Assembly: GCF_000008465.1 (NCBI RefSeq)
Contig: NC_006512.1
Span: 210,001-242,000 of the forward strand
Origin: Idiomarina loihiensis L2TR
Lineage (GTDB): Bacteria; Pseudomonadota; Gammaproteobacteria; Enterobacterales; Alteromonadaceae
Length of the DNA: 32,000 bases
Reading direction: 5' to 3'
The position numbers were made by a program, and so were the translations under genes. How positions within the stretch are numbered: the first letter of the stretch is position 1; every line of letters begins with the position of its first letter. A model generated the notes under the pieces. It made no database searches and had not been told where the DNA came from. It worked only from the letters and a program-made list of their open reading frames with translations. Positions 30,136 through 32,000 of the stretch are shown one piece after another.

Positions 30136-31308
30136 ATGGCAAATGAAAAAACGATGAAATTCGCGACGCGCGCCATTCACGGCGGGCAGTCTCCGGAGCC
30201 TGTTACCGGTGCGGTAATGCCTCCTATTTTTACCAGCTCTACCTATGCTCAGGAAAGCCCGGGCCAACACAAAGGTTTTGAGTATTCACGCTCACACAAC
30301 CCCACGCGTTTTGCCTGGGAACGTTCGGTTGCATCGCTGGAAGGTGGCAAGCAAGGGCTGGCTTTTGCGTCTGGCATGGCAGCAACCTCGACCATTCTTG
30401 AACTGCTGGACAGCGGCGATCACATCGTTGCTATGGACGATTTATACGGCGGTAGCTTCCGCTTATTCGATAAAGTGCGCGGACGCTCTGCTGGCCTGAA
30501 ATTCTCTTATGTCGACTTAGCTGACTTAAGCGCAGTGGAAGCCAGCATTCAGGACAACACCCGCATGATTTGGGTCGAGACGCCAAGCAACCCGATGCTG
30601 AAACTGGTCGACATTGAAGCCATCGTTAAACTGGCGAAGAAAAAGAACCCGGACATTATTGTGGTGGTGGACAACACCTTCGCTACGCCGTTTAACCAGC
30701 GTCCGCTGGAGATGGGCGCAGACATGGTTATGCATTCGGCAACCAAATACCTCAATGGTCACTCTGATATGGTCGGCGGTATTGCTGTTGTGGGCGACAA
30801 TGACGACCTGGTTGAGCGTATGCTGTTCTTACAGAACTCAGCAGGTGCTATTGCCGGTCCGTTTGACTCATACCTGGCACTGCGCGGCGTGAAGACGTTG
30901 GCATTGCGTATGCGTCATCACAACGAAGCGGCAATGGAATTAGCTAAGTGGCTTGAGCAACACCCGAAAGTGGAAAAAGTCATTTACCCGGGACTTGAAA
31001 GCCATCCTCAGCACGAGTTGGCTAAAAAGCAGATGCAGGGCTTTGGCGGCATGATTTCTATTTTACTGAAAGGTGATTTAGAAGCGGCGCGCAAATTCCT
31101 GGAGTCGGTAGAAGTGTTTGCTCTGGCGGAAAGCCTGGGCGGCGTTGAATCGCTGATTGAGCACCCGGCTATTATGACTCACGCATCGGTTCCAAAAGAG
31201 AATCGTGAGAAGTTAGGCATTCTGGATAACTTCGTGCGGGTGTCTGTTGGTATTGAAGATCTGGATGATCTTAAAGCCGACTTAGACAACGCGCTTAATG
31301 CATTTTAA
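30136..31308 (+). CDS. Cystathionine gamma-lyase/gamma-synthase family (Cys/Met metabolism PLP enzyme)
   Basis: 'ATRAIHGG', PLP-lysine 'HSATKYLNGHSD', 'SLGGVESLIEHPA' and 'RVSVGIEDLDDL'. True start is ATG 30136 (AAGGAA 7 nt upstream). The ORF-track start at 30037 overlaps the preceding gene. Confidence 0.85.
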   Translation: MANEKTMKFATRAIHGGQSPEPVTGAVMPPIFTSSTYAQESPGQHKGFEYSRSHNPTRFAWERSVASLEGGKQGLAFASGMAATSTILELLDSGDHIVAMDDLYGGSFRLFDKVRGRSAGLKFSYVDLADLSAVEASIQDNTRMIWVETPSNPMLKLVDIEAIVKLAKKKNPDIIVVVDNTFATPFNQRPLEMGADMVMHSATKYLNGHSDMVGGIAVVGDNDDLVERMLFLQNSAGAIAGPFDSYLALRGVKTLALRMRHHNEAAMELAKWLEQHPKVEKVIYPGLESHPQHELAKKQMQGFGGMISILLKGDLEAARKFLESVEVFALAESLGGVESLIEHPAIMTHASVPKENREKLGILDNFVRVSVGIEDLDDLKADLDNALNAF

Positions 31309-31347
31309 TCGCTATTAACGATTAAAAATTCAATATTTAATATGTAA

Positions 31348-31371
31348 AACCGGCCTTTGGGTCGGTTTTTT
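31348..31371 (+). terminator. Rho-independent terminator after the gamma-lyase gene
   Basis: AACCGGCC-TTTG-GGTCGGTT stem (one G-U pair) running into a T-tract. Confidence 0.75.
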
Positions 31372-31522
31372 ACTTTTAATTTCATAGACTTATACAAAGT
31401 TTTACAGTTTAGTCATAATTGAGTAGTCTTTATCTATCAGTAATTACTTGCGAGTAAAAGCTGATTTAGAACAAAAAACAGAAACGCAAAGACGTTTTTT
31501 AAATAACGAAAAGGAAAGACTT

Positions 31523-31753
31523 ATGCTATTGAGCCTCATGGTACTCCAAGGACTCGTAGCCGCTCTATTGTTTTATACTTTAGTGGGCCAGCATCAGAAA
31601 AAACCACTATGGAATTTGTTAGCGGTATTAACCGCCGGTTTCATTCCACCGGTAAACTGGGCGCTTCTTGTGTTCGCTATTGGTGTCAGAATGTGGCGTC
31701 GTTCGCCGCAAACCAGTACACCACAAAACATAACGGCAAAGCTCAGCCATTAA
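31523..31753 (+). CDS. Small hypothetical membrane protein (76 aa, two TM helices)
   Basis: SD AAGGAAAG lies before ATG 31523. 'MLLSLMVLQGLVAALLFYTLV' and 'LLAVLTAGFIPPVNWALLVFAIGV'. The TTG at 31448 is unlikely. Confidence 0.45.
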   Translation: MLLSLMVLQGLVAALLFYTLVGQHQKKPLWNLLAVLTAGFIPPVNWALLVFAIGVRMWRRSPQTSTPQNITAKLSH

Positions 31754-31782
31754 GTGGCTAAAGAGCAAGGCAATTTAGCAGT

Positions 31783-32000
31783 ATGTCAGACACAACTAAT
31801 GTACGACCCTTTCATTTAGCCATTCCTGTCAGCTCACTCGATAATGCCCGTGCGTTTTATGGCGATGTGCTTGGGCTGTCACAGGGACGCAGCAGTGACG
31901 AATGGATAGACTGGAACTTCTTTGGTCACCAGTTTGTGACTCATGTAGCACCCAATGTTGCCGGTTTAAAAAATCACAGCGGCGTTGATGGTCATTCGGT
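31783..32000 (+). CDS. VOC (glyoxalase/bleomycin-resistance/dioxygenase) family protein, 3'-truncated by the window edge
   Basis: The frame is open from ATG 31783 to the window end: MSDTTNVRPFHLAIPVSSLDNARAFYGDVLGLSQGRSSDEWIDWNFFGHQFVTH... This is a VOC-type beta-alpha-beta-beta-beta N-terminal motif. Confidence 0.6.
   Translation, partial: MSDTTNVRPFHLAIPVSSLDNARAFYGDVLGLSQGRSSDEWIDWNFFGHQFVTHVAPNVAGLKNHSGVDGHS

Noticed and set aside
1-32000. Scan for CRISPR arrays, tRNA/rRNA genes, IS elements, integrases, phage genes and large defence genes.
   Set aside because: I found no regularly spaced direct repeats, no cloverleaf-like or rRNA-like segments in the few intergenic spaces over 150 bp, and no transposase, recombinase, nuclease or helicase ORFs apart from the housekeeping rep and dinB.

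Overview
This window looks like a densely packed chromosomal segment of a gammaproteobacterium. Gene content (ubiV, rep, ubiK, fpr, yifB/comM, KtrAB, an MCP, an MltC-like gene) suggests a marine Alteromonadales-like genome, but I cannot verify the taxon. I call about 31 protein-coding genes and found no rRNA, tRNA, CRISPR array, transposase or integrase. All family assignments rest on motifs read from the supplied translations and recalled homologues; no searches were run.

Gene order, left to right:
- ubiV (5' partial)
- NO-stress locus: nnrS, convergent ybaN-norR, and a divergent sigma54/NorR-controlled RIC (YtfE-like) gene
- mltC-like lytic transglycosylase
- large secreted M14 carboxypeptidase
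- ktrAB
- dCache MCP followed by a DUF4399 gene
- dinB
- cytochrome c5
- GAF-GAF-GGDEF-EAL protein
- rep, ubiK, fpr
- AT-rich orphan islet
- Scs-like periplasmic thiol-redox cluster (small Cys/His membrane protein, ScsB/DsbD-like, TlpA/ScsD-like, DsbA/ScsC-like)
- yifB/comM
- AT-rich two-gene toxin-antitoxin-like cassette
- ltaE
- cystathionine beta-synthase-like plus gamma-lyase-like operon
- small membrane protein
- VOC-family gene (3' partial)

No large novel multi-gene system is evident. The items most worth follow-up are:
- the two AT-rich insertions (20.64-21.62 kb orphan islet; 27.14-27.99 kb BrnT/BrnA-like cassette with twin hairpins)
- a truncated RIC protein carrying a 'DFCCG' motif at its C-terminus
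- the clearly readable NorR UAS plus sigma54 promoter
- a rearranged Scs-like cluster with an atypical first gene
- a 7-codon uORF coupled to a c-di-GMP protein whose EAL domain looks degenerate
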